From Octopus vulgaris (taxonomy: Eukaryota), in contig OX597817.1 of the NCBI GenBank assembly GCA_951406725.2, positions 86,056,001 through 86,120,000 of the forward strand: DNA of 64,000 bases, in the 5' to 3' direction. Within the stretch, counting starts at the first letter, position 1, and each line of letters opens with the position of its first letter. A model generated the notes under the pieces. The model ran no database searches, had not been told where the DNA came from, and worked only from the letters and a program-made list of their open reading frames with translations. Of this stretch, positions 1 to 13,100 are shown in pieces. Both the position numbers and the translations under genes were made by a program.

Positions 1-208
1 CAGACACATGTACCCCTTCATATAATGCTCAGAGTGTGACAGGGCTGGCCCCTTGAAATGTAAGTACTTCTCAGTTTTGCCAGGTGAGTGGACTGAAGCA
101 ACATGAAAATAAAGCGTCTTGCTCAAGGACACAACATGCCACTGGGAATCAAACTCATGACTCTAGATTGCGAGCTGAATACCCTAACCATTAAGCCATG
201 TGCCTTCA
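1..208 (-). mobile_element. tRNA-derived SINE with CORE-like segment (family B), 5' part
   Basis: Minus strand has a tRNA-like head (TGGCTTAATGGTTAG ... GAGTTTGATTCC) followed by GTGTCCTTGAGCAAGAC. Related copies lie at about 12995-13180 (+), 20610-20919 (-), 35492-35817 (-) and 37655-37980 (-). Confidence 0.75.
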
Positions 209-558
209 TATATATGCATATATATATATATATGTATGGGTGTGTGTGTACGTGCGTGTATTTATGTGTCTATACACACACACACACAAATATGGAGCAT
301 AGAAGATGCTCATACGTGGAGCATACAAGCCAGATGTTAAGTGATGTTGACTGGTGATATCCACTATGGCCAAGGAAGATTGCTAACTAGTGGCAGATCT
401 TTGTGTATAAAATAACTTTGGTGAGTTTAGTATGGAGATGACTGTTTCATATCATACATCATCTGCAATGTAGACAGCTACCTAAAGTAGAAGCAGTCTG
501 GATCAAATGGCAAGGCATGTCAAGATAATTTGACACATTTAACTTAAGCCTGAATATT

Positions 559-770
559 GCTTTCCAATTTTGTCACAAGGTCAGCAATTTCAGGGGAGTG
601 GGTAAGTCAATTACATTGATCCCTGTGCTCAACTAGTACTTATTTTATCGACCCAGAAAGGATGAAAGGCAAAGTCAACCTAGGTGGAATTTGGAAATCA
701 GAATGTAAAGAGTCAAATACCGCTAAACATTTTGCTCAGCATTCTAATGATTTTGCCAGCTCGCCACCTT
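559..770 (-). mobile_element. tRNA-derived SINE (family A, Meta-domain-like centre)
   Basis: Family consensus read from several copies: AAGGCGGCGAGCTGGCAGAATCGTTAGC ... GAGTTCAAATTCC (B box) ... GCCTTTCATCCTTTCGGGGTCGATAAAATAAGTACCAG, with an (ATT)n tail. At least 15 copies occur in the window. Confidence 0.8.
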
Positions 771-1643
771 ACTGAGTCTGAATATTGAAGTGTCATCTGC
801 AGACTTACAAGCTAAACTGAACTCAATACTGAAACCTAATGCTTCAAGAAAAATAATTGAGAAATACTGTGAACAATTAGGTGAAATACAAAACTCTGTG
901 TTTTGTTTGTGGTCACACCTTCAAATATATCTATTTCTCAAATGACATACATAATCTATTTTGTTCCTCTTAGCTTTCAAATGTAAATTGCAATTATTCA
1001 AAAAACTAAATCTATCAGTGATTCAATATTAACCTAAACTTAAGGTGAAAGTTGAAGATAATTTTTTTTTTCAGCTATAAGTTTTAATGATAGCTATTAT
1101 ATTTTATTTCTATCATTAAATTCATTGTTTCTTCTATTTTTATGACACAATATTAATGAGACAATAAAGGTAAGCTAAAATAATGTAACATCTCTAATCA
1201 GCTGCTAGAAAATACAACATTTTACAAATTCTACTAAATTACTAATAAAACTAACAAATACAAACATTAAGCAATCTTTCTATTAGGTAAATGGGGAATT
1301 CTGTAAAGAAGATAAATGGCAAGGCAAAACATTGTAGAATACTAATTGAGAAGTTTCAGGCATTAAAGCATTCAGTCTATCTTTACCAACTGTGTTAATT
1401 CAATTGTTCTAAAACTAGGTTGTATGATTCACCATTTTTGATATGTTAAATATCTTACAAAGAACAAAATTCAAAACAATTTAAATGTACCATAGCAGTC
1501 ATTAGAGCACAATGCAGTCCTCTGACCTGCAAGATTCTCTCAAACCATCTAACCTATACCAGCATGGAAGACAGACGTTAAAAGATAATGAATCAAGATA
1601 AATTAGATAATTATTTTACTTAAATAGATAAACAATGTCTTAC

Positions 1644-1784
1644 TTGACTAAGGGCTTAGCTATAGTCCATAGCAGTTTCTGAAGACCAGGTAATTTGGTG
1701 TTTCCAGCTTTCATTGAAACAAGGTCTTCATCTTGACCTTCATCAATGTATTGCTTGAGAATGGTCATAAATTCACCTTCAGTT
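1644..1784 (-). CDS. INPPL1: SHIP-family 5-phosphatase, coding exon 5; gene continues beyond the window start
   Basis: 141-nt exon with acceptor tttcttcctttatcag and donor GTAAGA, phase 2 to 2. Encodes TEGEFMTILKQYIDEGQDEDLVSMKAGNTKLPGLQKLLWTIAKPLV, resembling the SHIP1 post-SH2 helical region (AIQDYLSTQLAQDSEFVKTGSSSLPHLKKL, recalled). Confidence 0.88.
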
Positions 1785-2469
1785 CTGATAAAGGAAGAAA
1801 AGACACAAATTATATAAATATACACATAACTGTTATATATACTTTTAAAGAATCACTATCAAAATCACACAGTCCCTTTGGTTTATATAATAATTCCAAT
1901 CAAAACTGATTCACTGTTAACTTCAGGTTTTCAAGCCTTAAGCATATACATAACTATTATGAAATTTGATGACAAATTATTACCTAAACTTTTCAAAACA
2001 TATATTTTATAGAAAAACAAAAACTAGATGAGTTTAAGATGGATGAATATCAATATCTTCCTACATCAGTATAACTCATGACATACAACCATTCCAACTC
2101 CTTTATCTTGTAAGCAATGTATGATATCACTGAGTCTTCCTAGAGTAATCTCATACTACCAAATCTCTTGCAAAGCTATTAATTTTGTAGAGTATGCATG
2201 TATGTAAGTTGCAAAATGTGACAACAGTGACCCTATTACAGCCACTAGTTAGAAAGGTGGATATCTTGGTTACTGATAATAGAGACAGTTATCCTCACTA
2301 ATAAGAAATAATAGCACATATGCCCTTCAAGTTTATGTGTAGAATGTAAAAAACTGATACTGTACATAATAAAATATTCTTTCTGCTTTTGTAGGAGATG
2401 GATGTGTGTGAGAGAGAGAACTGGATGTGTAATACAGTGACATCTTATCTCTAAGTTACTAACATCATA

Positions 2470-2760
2470 AGATCTGCCCTTGCCATTTCTCCTCATGTCT
2501 TCTACTATGAGGTCTTCCATTCAACAGAAAGCACTTCTTCCTTCAAAAGTCATTGCCTAATTGTATAAAATATCTATAAAGCACAGAACACATCAATCAA
2601 TGCCATTAATGTTCAGCCACTCTCAGTTCACTTGTGCTCCACTTCTCTTAATATAAGTTTATGTAACATATCCAATGGATCACTCAACTCATTTTTCTCA
2701 TGCCTCTGCTCTCATGTTACAATACCACCACATAGAATGACATACCTTACTCAATATGGT
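2470..2760 (-). mobile_element. Old RTE LINE 3' ORF fragment
   Basis: Degenerate similarity to the RTE C-terminal region (LRWMC...VEG...RGR...W) seen in the younger copies in this window. Confidence 0.45.
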
Positions 2761-3042
2761 GTTTGTATAATATACTTAATATGTATTTATGGTTTCTAGA
2801 CAGTTTCTTACAAAGATTGACATTATCTAATCAATATCACTTTCAGATCACTTATTAGATAACTGCTGTTACCTACTGATTTAAGGCCATGATCTAGTTT
2901 TGATACTTGACTGATACAAATTATCTTGTGCAGCTAATACTGTTGGCAAAACCCCACAATCTCTCAGTTTTGTTTTGTTCTTCTCAAAAACTGATATTAT
3001 ACACTCATCAGGGATCAATTAAAGTAAATAAGACCCACTTAC

Positions 3043-3151
3043 TTGGACAAATCTAATCTGGCAAAATTCTTTAAGAATTGCATTCGAAGAGTACTGACAG
3101 TATTATGCCGTGCACTGGGATCTGCTGCATTGGCTTCAAAATCATCATCAT
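3043..3151 (-). CDS. INPPL1: SHIP-family 5-phosphatase, coding exon 4
   Basis: 109-nt exon with acceptor ccattttcag and donor GTAAGT, phase 1 to 2, in frame with both neighbouring exons. Encodes (D)DDDFEANAADPSARHNTVSTLRMQFLKNFARLDLS(K). Confidence 0.88.
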
Positions 3152-3609
3152 CTGAAAATGGAGTTTATATAATGTATTTAAACTAGTAGATATTTGTACA
3201 AGATCCACAAAGATTTGCTACTCCTTTAATAATTTTCATTTCACAGTTCCAAATAAAAAACCTTCATGGATATGAAATTTTAACAATGATTAATACTGAG
3301 GAAAATTTTAAGATAAAATTAGGAATTAAAATTTCTATTTTTGATGGCTGAGATATGCATAAATAGAAATAAATGTATAAAACATTGTAAAAATAAAAGG
3401 ATAGAGGTAATGTTGGTGGGCTTTAATTTTTTTATTTTCTCTTTACTTTTTGCAGTATTGATACTGTGTTTAATGGCTAATTAGAAATAGGACTGTTATT
3501 TTGCCTCAGTAGACAAGTCTAAAGTAATAATGTAATATCTTTTAGTCTGGAGCTATATATTTCCCCTTTGGAAAAAGACAAGGGTTTTAGCTAGAAGTAG
3601 ACAAAGCAA

Positions 3610-4039
3610 GAGTTGCTTAAAATGCAAACCTTTAGTACTTCATAAATTTATTTTAATATTAATTCAGACTATTGGGCATTTTCACAAAGTCCTGTTGAAT
3701 TTTTAGATTAGACACCTAATGCTGCTACTATTTTTTAGAGTAGGGTTTCAGAAAAGACATTTGTTCATGGTTTAAAAATTTTTTTTTGTCCTGGTAAATT
3801 TCATGAAGATTAGAAGGAAGGTAACTTACAGGTAGAAGTATTAAACTTTTCCTGATTTCACTAAATTTACCAGGAGAAATAAATATTAGCTAATGAATTT
3901 TTTGAAGCCACGCTTTAAACAAAAGTAGCAGTATTAGATTTCTAATCTAAATATTCAACAAGACTTTGTGAAAACATCCAATACTTTGTATAGACATTAA
4001 AATTTATAAAATTCTAAAATTTGTACTGTTAAGTAACTC
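3610..4039. repeat. About 430-bp imperfect palindrome (foldback/MITE-like) in the SHIP intron between coding exons 3 and 4
   Basis: The left arm (gagttgcttaa...ttcacaaagtcctgttgaatttttagattag...tcctggtaaattt) is the reverse complement of the right arm (aaatttaccagga...ctaatctaaatattcaacaagactttgtgaa...ttaagtaactc). The loop is near 3820-3845. Confidence 0.85.
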
Positions 4040-4099
4040 ATCCTAAATTTAATATAGGTTAAATATTTACTAAATTTGTTTAAATTAATAAAACTTTAC

Positions 4100-4250
4100 C
4101 TGAATCAGGTTCATCAAGTTTTTCTGAACGCTCTACTGCCACAATTTTTTTCATAGCACATACAAGACCATTTTTATCCCCTCGTTTCATATATTCTTGA
4201 ACTAGGTGGGATAAATCCACGAATCTAGGCTCCAGCAAACTGTTTTCTGA
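4100..4250 (-). CDS. INPPL1: SHIP-family 5-phosphatase, coding exon 3 (end of SH2 domain and acidic linker)
   Basis: 151-nt exon with acceptor tttttacag and donor GTAAAG, phase 0 to 1. Encodes SENSLLEPRFVDLSHLVQEYMKRGDKNGLVCAMKKIVAVERSEKLDEPDS. GLVCA matches SHIP2 NQGLVCALLLPV (recalled). Confidence 0.92.
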
Positions 4251-4549
4251 CTGTAAAAATATTAAAATGGTAGACATTTAACAAAATTGAAATTAATCTA
4301 TAGAAATGGGTAGCAAGAAAATATCAAGATTTCATTAATACCACTTGGTACTTACACATGCTAATATTTCTCAAATTATATTTAAAAATAAAACTATCTA
4401 TTGAGTCTTATTGCTAAAGAGATTAAGGGTAATTTAGAAACTGATTAAGCTCAGCTCCAATTAAATACGTAGAATCTCTCATTAGCAACTTTTAGTTCCT
4501 GTGTGTTTTACATCAAAGCTTAATAATAATAATAATAATGTTAAAATAA

Positions 4550-6214
4550 TGATTTCCAATTTTGGTTCAAGACCAGCAATTTTCGGGGAGAGTAAGTCGG
4601 TTACATCAACCCTAGTGCATAATTGGTACTTAGTTTACTGACCCTGAAAGGATGAAAGGAATTTGAAATCAGAAGGACAGACGAAATGTTGCTAAGCATT
4701 TTGCCTGGTGTGCTAATGATTCTACCAGCTGGTTGCCTTAATAATAATGATTATAATGATGATGACAATTTGAACTCAATAATAATAATAATGATAATAA
4801 TAATGGTTTCAAATTTTGGTACAAGGCAGCAATTTTGGCGGAGGAGTTAAATCGATTACACTGACCCCAGTGTTTAACTTGCACTTATTTTATCAACCCC
4901 AAGAGGATGAAAGGTAAAGTCGACTATGGCAGAATTTGAACTCATAATAACAACAATAATATTGGTTTCAAATTTTAGCACAAGACCAGTGATTTGAAGG
5001 GAGTTGGTAAGTTGATTAAATCGATCCTAGTACTTAACTGGAACTTATTTTATTGACACTGAAAGGCAAAGTCGACCTTGTCAAAATTTGAGCTCTGAAT
5101 GTAAAGATGGATGAAATACTGCTAAGCATTTTGCCCAGTATGCTAACAATTCTGCTAGCTCACCGCCTTAATCACACTACTGCTGATGATGGTAATGACA
5201 GTGATAATAAAAACACTGCTTTCAAATTTTGGCACAAAGCCAGAAATTTTAAGGAAGAGGCAAGTTGATTACATTGACTCCAGTGTTCAACTGGTACTGA
5301 TTTTATTGACCCCAAAAGGATGAAAGGCAAAGTTGGCCTCGGTGGAATTTGGACTCAGAACATAAAGACAGACAGAATGCCGCTAAGCATTTTGCCTAGC
5401 ATGCTAATGATTCTGTCAACTGGCCACCTTAATAATAATGATGACAATAGTAATGGTTTCAAATTTTGGCATAAGGCCAGCAATTTTGTTGAGAGGAGGC
5501 AAGTCAATTACATCAACCCCAGTGCTCAACTGGTTCTTATTTTATTGACCACAAAAGGATGAAAGACAAAGTTGACCTTGATGGAATTTGAGCTCAGAAT
5601 ATAAAGAGGAACAAGATGCTGTTAAGCATTTTGGCTGACATGCTAATGATTCTGCCAGCTGGATGTCTTAATAAGAATAATGATGATGATGACAATGATA
5701 ATAATAATAATAACAATAAAGGAGGCTTCAAATTTTGGTGCAAGGCCAGCAATTTTAGGGGAGGGGTTAAATCGATTACATTGACCCAAGTTTTCAACTG
5801 ATGCTTATTTTATTGACCCTGAAATGGTGAAAGCAATGTTGATCTTGGTGGAATTTGAACTCAGAATGTAAAGACAAACAAAATGCTGCTTAGCATTTTG
5901 TATGGTGTGCTAATGATTCTGCTAACTTGCCACTTTCAATAAAAAAAGGATGATAGTGTTGTAGTCATCTTGATATACAAGGACTTCTAGGGATAATCAA
6001 GATGATGATGATGATAATAATAATAATCCTTTCTACTGTAGGCACAATGCTTGAAATTTTGGGGGAGTGTTACACTGGTACTTAATTTATCAACCCTGAA
6101 AAGATGAAAGGCAAAGTTGACTTCAGCAGAATTTTAACTCAGAACATAAAGATGGATGAAATGCTGTTAAGCAATTGGCCCAGCACACTAACGATTCTGC
6201 CAGTTTGTCACCTT
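4550..6214 (-). mobile_element. Tandem array of about 7 family A SINEs separated by (AAT/GAT)n
   Basis: Units of about 210 bp start near 4553, 4805, 4963, 5219, 5455, 5724 and 6027, all in the same orientation. Confidence 0.85.
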
Positions 6215-6252
6215 AATAACAATAATGATGATGATGACAATAATAATAATAA

Positions 6253-7381
6253 TCTTATAATAATTCTGCTTGTCATTATGTTACTTAGCCCGTCAGTAAC
6301 ACTTTCATGTGATTAGAGAAAAAGAGGGAGAAAGAAAAGAGGGAGAGAAAAAAACAGGGTGAGAGAAACATCCATGATGTGAGGTTGAGGGAATGTAATT
6401 GTAGTGCTTTCATGTGATTAGTTGAAGGGAAAGAGAGAACAAGAGAAAGAAAAAGAGGATAAGGTGAAGAGTGAGGCAGAAAGAGAAAGAAAGGAAGAGA
6501 GGGAGAGTAGTGTCACTGACATGTGATAGAAGAAACATAATATTTATTTCGTGGTTAAAAAAGTTAGTTGAAAGTAGTTATATAGAGGAGAGTTAATATT
6601 TTTTTATATCACTTATCGCTTAAAACATGCACATCCCAAACTTGCTATTCACTTTAGAAAGAAACCAGACCCCCCTACCATTTGCCTGTCATATGCAATG
6701 ACTATCAATAAATCACAAGGGTAGATATTTGATAAAGTGGGGCTGTTCTTGCCTTTGGCCATGTTCAGCTATATGTTGCATTCTCAAGGGCTCGCAAATT
6801 ATCTGATGTGAGAGTTAAAGTTATGAACACTGACAGACAAGAGAAAATAAGAGGGAGAACTTACACAAAGAAGTATTGGATTGGAAGGTGTATGCAAATT
6901 GAAATTTGTATTGGTTCTGACCCATCATCTTGGCTTATAAGTTGCCAATGATATGGTTTTCAGAGTATGCCATGTTGTATTAAATTTTTACCCCTGTGAA
7001 ATTGTGATTCCTATATTTTACATATCAAATAATATTTTTAACTATAAATTTTTTGTTTTCTAGATATGAAGTTATGACCATGTAAATTTTAAAATGTAAT
7101 TTTTTGTGTTTATGGGAAAAAATGGAATAATAAGAGTGTATATTTACTTTATGAATGCTGTGTATTGAGTCTATAAAATTGTGCATAAAGTATATATATA
7201 AAGTGCATTAATTAATGATCATATTCCAATTTCCTTCACCTTTCAATGAATAGCAGATGAGCAACTATTTTTTGATACAGATACAACACAGGCTAAGCTT
7301 TCAGGCTTTTTGGATAAAGTTTTCAGGAATAACCCAATAGGTTTACTATTAATTCCATGAAATATTCACGGGTTCTGCTAG
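6253..7381 (+). mobile_element. Non-autonomous Helitron with a PIF1-helicase C-terminal remnant
   Basis: 5' TC after A6252. 3' hairpin ccatgaa-atat-tcacgg, then CTAG (7378-7381) before T. About 6680-6830 encodes YAMTINKSQG*IFDKVGLFLP...GHVQLYVAFSRA, i.e. PIF1 motifs V-VI. Confidence 0.85.
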
Positions 7382-7395
7382 TAACAATGATGGTA

Positions 7396-8238
7396 GTTTC
7401 AAATTTTAGCACAAGGCCAGAAATTTTGAGGGAAGTGTAAGTCAATTACATTGACCCCGGTGTTCAACTAGTACTTATTGTTTTGGCCCTGAAAGGATGA
7501 AAGGCAAAGCTGACCTCAGTGGAATTTGAACTCAGAATGTAAAGTCAGACAAAATACTGCTAAGCATTTCAACCCAGTAATGGTAACAATTCTGCTAGCT
7601 GGCTGCTTTAATGATGATGACAACGACAATAATAATGGTTTCAAATTTCAGAGAGGGGGACAAGTCGATTATATCAACCCCAGTGCTCAACTGGTTCTTA
7701 TTTTATTGACCCTGAAAAGATGAAAAGCAGTGTTGACCAAGGTGAAATCTGAACTCAGAACGTACGGATAGACAAAATGCTGCTAAACATTTTGCCTAGC
7801 ATGCTAATGATTCTGCCAGCTTGCCATCTTAATAATAATAATGATGATTTCTTTTATTTGCCAACAGGGCAAAGGATGAAGTCCAGGTACAATACAAAAA
7901 CAGACATAAAGTGTGGGGGTTTATATATAATGAAATGATAAAATTAAAAAAAAAAGTATACACGGTATACCATAAACAAGTAAGTTTACATAGTAAACAA
8001 AGGTAAAAAACAACATAATAGTGATGTAGTCCTCCTCTTACAGGAGGGTCTCAAGGGACAATCAAGATAATAATAATAATCTTTTCTACTCTAGGCACAA
8101 GGCCCAAAATTTTTGGGGAGGGAGCCAGTCGATTAGATCGACCCCAGTACGCAACTGGTACTGAATTTATTGACCTCAAAAGGATGAAAGGCAAAGTCAA
8201 CCTCGGTGGAATTTGAACTCAGAACGTAAAGACAGACA
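7396..8238 (-). mobile_element. Three family A SINE copies plus a Tx1/L1 3'UTR fragment (about 7848-8066)
   Basis: Same SINE unit as 4550-6214. 7848-8066 matches the 3' end of the LINE at about 40800-41025. Confidence 0.75.
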
Positions 8239-8691
8239 ATAATGACAATAACAGCATAGAGAATGTTTTAGCCTATCTTTGAGGGCAAACACTTCATAAT
8301 CATAAATCATAAGAACTGAACAATGCTTTGTTTCTAAAAAATTACTGCATCACTTCATAGTGATAGACTACCACAAAAATACAGTTTATTTTTAGTTGCA
8401 TTTGCATGAATACTTTCAAGAAAATAATGTACAAGGTTACATAATATAAATTAATTTTGAAACCATAATAGTATGTTTCATATACTCTAATGATCAATGC
8501 AGTCAGCTGACTGAGACAATTCAACTTAACATATATGTTATATACACACAGCATATATAATGTATAGTTTAAGTATGATATAACAAGCAATATAAGTCTG
8601 TAAAGTTTTGTTAATATTTTTTGGCAAGTAATTAATATATTAATAAATTTAAAAAAATTAGAAATCAATGTAAAACAAGTATGAATCTTAC

Positions 8692-8755
8692 TTGAACAGA
8701 AAGTTTGCCATCCAAATCAGGGAGGATTCGATATTTGTGAACACGTCCTTGACAA
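8692..8755 (-). CDS. INPPL1: SHIP-family 5-phosphatase, coding exon 2 (SH2 domain)
   Basis: 64-nt exon with acceptor ttgattgtag and donor GTAAGA, phase 2 to 0. Encodes CQGRVHKYRILPDLDGKLSVQ, similar to human SHIP2 YQKHVHTYRILPDGEDFLAVQ (recalled). Confidence 0.93.
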
Positions 8756-9764
8756 CTACAATCAAAATAAAAGTAAACAATGTACTTTAACAGTTTCACT
8801 TACATATCCTATTTAAACATATTTTATAGATTAATATGCTTTTATAAACTGTAAATTGGTTATATTCTGAACTTGTATCTTAGTTTTCAACAATGTAAAA
8901 AAGTTTAGGTTAGTGATATCAATTACATTAGTTTGTCCAGTTTACTGAAAGGCATCACTTAGTTTAAAGGCTGGCTCTTCTGACCATCCTCATTCAAAGC
9001 AGCAATGAAAAACAATTGAAAGGATGGAAAAATGCATTTATCATTTGAAACTGAAGAACAGGAAGTGAGACCATTGACATTATGTTACTTCCAGCTAAAA
9101 TTGACTAAAGCAATTTCTGGCTTGTGAGAAATATTGAGTATAAAGAAAAAAGAAAGAAATGTTTGCTGTCAATTGCTTGGGAGCATAAAAATGGATGTCA
9201 ATCATATTGACTAAATGAGGCAGAATTTAACATCTTTGATTTTGACAGCTGAATGTACATCTGATGTCACACAGAGTACATGAATGTGACAGTTAAGATG
9301 ATGGTGCCAATGTCATGGTTACACCAACATATACCAGAAAAAGAAGAGATCTTGGTGAAGACTAGGTTTCTATTTGCCAGAAGTAACAACAATCCAAAGC
9401 ACATCACAGGAATAGTCTAGGAATTTGTCAAAAGCAAGAAAATCTGAATGCCATAATAGCCAGAATAACAAATGGATTTAAATCCAAAAGAAAACTTATG
9501 GACATGAGTATTTAACATTGAAGTCCCAGAAAGTTGAGTGAATTGTATAATTGTACTGCCAAATACTGGGAAGAAATTCCAGGTTATTTTCATAGAATCA
9601 AAATTCAATCTTTTTAGGTGTAATTGAACAGCAAGCTAAGATAAATTTTGCAGAGTTCTTAAGCAGAAAAGATGACCTTAGAAGATATGAAAAAAAGTGA
9701 ACAACTGGTAACAATATATAGAAGCTAGGCTAAACACTTGCAATCAGTTCTAACTAAAAAGTGA

Positions 9765-10165
9765 GGCCTGTGTGGTTAAGAAATTTACAACCATGTGATT
9801 ACAGATTCAGTCCCACTGCATGGCAAGTGTCTTCTATGAGTCTCAAGCTAACCAATGCCTTGTAAATGAAATTGATAGAGGGGAAACTATAGGAAGCCTG
9901 TTGCATATGTGTATTTGTATGTATGTGAGGTTGTGGCATGTGCATTAATGATAACATTCCACAAGTTTACTTGGTGAGACAGTGATGTGTTTACATCCTT
10001 TGTTGACATTATGACCAATTGTGTTTTTGAAAGCCCATGGAATAAGAAACTCTTTACCTGTGAAACAGGTAAGGCTTGGCAAGAGGAAATGCATCTAGCT
10101 GTAAAATTCTGTCCTAAATACATCCTAATCAACCTATGCTAGCATGGAAAAATGGGATGTTCACT
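9765..10165 (+). mobile_element. tRNA-derived SINE (family C) with an RTE-like 3' tail
   Basis: gtgtggttaag...gattcagtcccactgc...ggcaagtgtcttcta...ggaaact...gaagcc, ending atgctagcatggaaaa as in RTE 3' ends. Other copies lie at about 11710-11880, 15830-15990 and 16020-16365 (+), and 23425-23600 and 35272-35416 (-). Confidence 0.65.
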
Positions 10166-13100
10166 GAACAGATGAAGTGAGAGCAGGAAGAGCAATGTAC
10201 ATGACTCATTTGGAGTTCTCTGAGATGAAGTTATTCTCTGCTCTGAGACCTGACCTAATACTTGCAACACAACAGACTCTGGTAAAGGCACCCATGAACC
10301 AGTTGGTAGTGTTAAACTAGTCAATGGATTAACTCTACCTTCTAAGAACAGGCATAGCCCATCTAATAAATTTCCACAGTTTCCATCTGCTAAACTTCCC
10401 CTGAGAGACTTCAGTCAACCTAAGGCTATGGCAGAAGACCCTTGCACAAGAAGTTTTGCAATAGAATCAAGCCTGAAATCACAGTTATGAAGTGAATGTC
10501 TTAATGACACAGCCATAGTGACACCCATTGATTACCAACATCTGTTCACTTTGAGAGAATAAGAGAACTGAATTGTTGCAAATAATGAAATAAGAATGTC
10601 TGAATATTTCATGGTGTTATTGAAGAATGATAGAGATGCATCTCATTTTAGAAAGATACATGACTGTATCACTAGGATAAAGAGTATGAATAAAATAAAG
10701 CCTACTCCTGAGGGAGCTACACAGGCTGAAGTAAGATAACAGAGAGGGATAAAACTATTCATTCTCTTAAATAATGAAATTGTATGTAACAGAGATAGAA
10801 CATATTTAGGTTTTTTGAAGTATTGTGAAAGAGCAAATAATAATTATTCTCGTTATTTTTATAGTTTAAAACTGTACAGAATACCTGAAGATGTAGTTAA
10901 CCAATAGTAAGATAATGGTTTCAAGTTCTGACACAGGGCCAGCAGTTTTTAAGGGGAGGGAAAGTCAATTACATTGACCCCAGTACTTGACTGGTACTTA
11001 CCCTCCAGCAATGGAGGTGAAATCAAGTATGCAATGCCATTTCACTATTTTGATAAGTGCACAAATGATAATCTATGATAAAGTAATAAAAAGGTTAAAT
11101 GCAGATGATTGATGCATGAGACCAGCAATGGGTTCAATAATAAATTTAATGAACAGGTAAGCATACAGCAAAGCTTTGCACCTGTCATTTTTCTCTGTAA
11201 TTCTTGATATACTGTAACAGGAGTTTAGTGCTATTTTTGGTAACCTTTATATATCACTACAACTGAAGAAAATGTACTAAACTGAGAAGAAAAGCCAAGT
11301 TCATTATGTCAAAGTTCTGAAAAAAATCAAAGTACTAGTTAACAGAAGGTACAAAAAGTCAATACCATTTGGGAAATGACTTACTTAATATATAAGAAAT
11401 ACATTGATAAGAACTCTATACTGTTGTTTTTGTTTATCCCTAGGGAACCCTGATTGAGCAAATCCAAGGTACTCCAACTATGAGAATCCTATCCTATGTA
11501 TTATTCATTATGATTGTCCTTTTTCGTAAGACAGTAGGCTATAGTTTGAGGGTGTTATTTCTTACAAGCTAAGTACTACATAAAGATTAGCTCATTGCAC
11601 TCAGTATAAGCAATGAGTCTACAAAGTGTGCAGTGAGATTTCTTAGAAGACTAATAAGCACTGAATATTCTAGAGTTCTAAATGTTCAAGAATACTTAAT
11701 AATAATGAGTGTAGACATAGCCCTGTGGTTAAGGTTGCTTTGCAGCCACATGGTTTCAAATTCCATCAGCCCTCTTTGCAGAACTTTGGGTATGTGTCTT
11801 CTATCATAGCCTCCAGTTGACCAATAGCTCATGGATGGAATCTCATAGCAAAAACTATGAAAAAGGCTGTCACATGTGTGTGTGTTTTTATTAATAAATA
11901 TCTACAAAAGATGCTTATTAATGAAAAATTTAAACATAAGGAAACACAAAAATTAGTGTTTTTTAAGCACTGATTTACAGACACTTCCCTGTCACATTTA
12001 TAATAAGAATATGAAATGAAGTCTACAATCTGCTCAGATGACTTACTAAAAATAGAAATTAGTTTGTTACTTTAAGTAGCACTACAAAATGTTCAAATGA
12101 AAGTATAGTAATTGGAAGTAATAGCAGAGCTGCATACAGTTACTTATATTAGAGAGAGAAATGCTCAACAAAGGATTTGGGTAGGTCTCACACAAAAGAA
12201 GAGAAGACTGAGGAATGAAAATGTTTCACTGAAACCATTTCATATCTTAAAATTAGATTGGTGACAATGACATACACTAACAATTTGAACAAATAAGGTG
12301 TGAAAACTATTGACTATTTGAATGGCTTGTAAGTTTTGCTATTTGATACAGTACAGGGAATAGATACTAGTAATAAGAGTGTGTAGAAGATGAAATTTTG
12401 TCAATAAACCAACTGTCTTACACTTATTTTTAAAATGAAGAAATTTTTTCTTCATAAGAAATTGGTCATGATAGAAGCAGTGACAATGTATCTCTATTTC
12501 TTTCTAACTATGGGTAAATAATCTCACTGACATTGTGAATGCCCAGAAAACAATTACTGACTAAGAAATGCCAATGTAGATCCCTTCAAGTAATTCATCT
12601 GAATTCTTATTTTCTATCTGGAAAATAAATAATCAGATTTGCAGAGTTAAAAGTGAGATCCTAATACTCCGGACAAAACAGCAACATATTATGGAATCCA
12701 CTTAAGTGTAACAATCCACAGCCAGTCACAACAACAATAACAGCAACTAATAGAAGCCTTTTTTTTTTTTTGAAAATATTCTGTAATTAGTAAGTTTCTT
12801 AGATTTTATTTGTTTGAAATTGAAGTTACTAGGCATAGTGATCCTGTGATTATATTTTTGATGTCACAAGTTCAAAAGCTAATATTTTGAAAGTCACTGC
12901 AATTTTTGTCTAAAACTTTCAAATAATATAAATGCAATCAACGTGATTAACCAATGCTATTGATAAAGTTACCTAATGTAAAAATGGCAAAAATGAGTTG
13001 TACTTGTATTTCAAAGGGTCAGCCTTGTCACTCTCTGTGTCACGCTGATTATCCCCGAGAACTACGTTAAGGGTACACGTGTCTGTGGAATGCTCAGCCA

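Noticed and set aside
1-1643. Further SHIP coding exon downstream of exon 5
   Set aside because: No phase-2 exon with good splice sites and SHIP-like translation found; the next exon probably lies outside the window.
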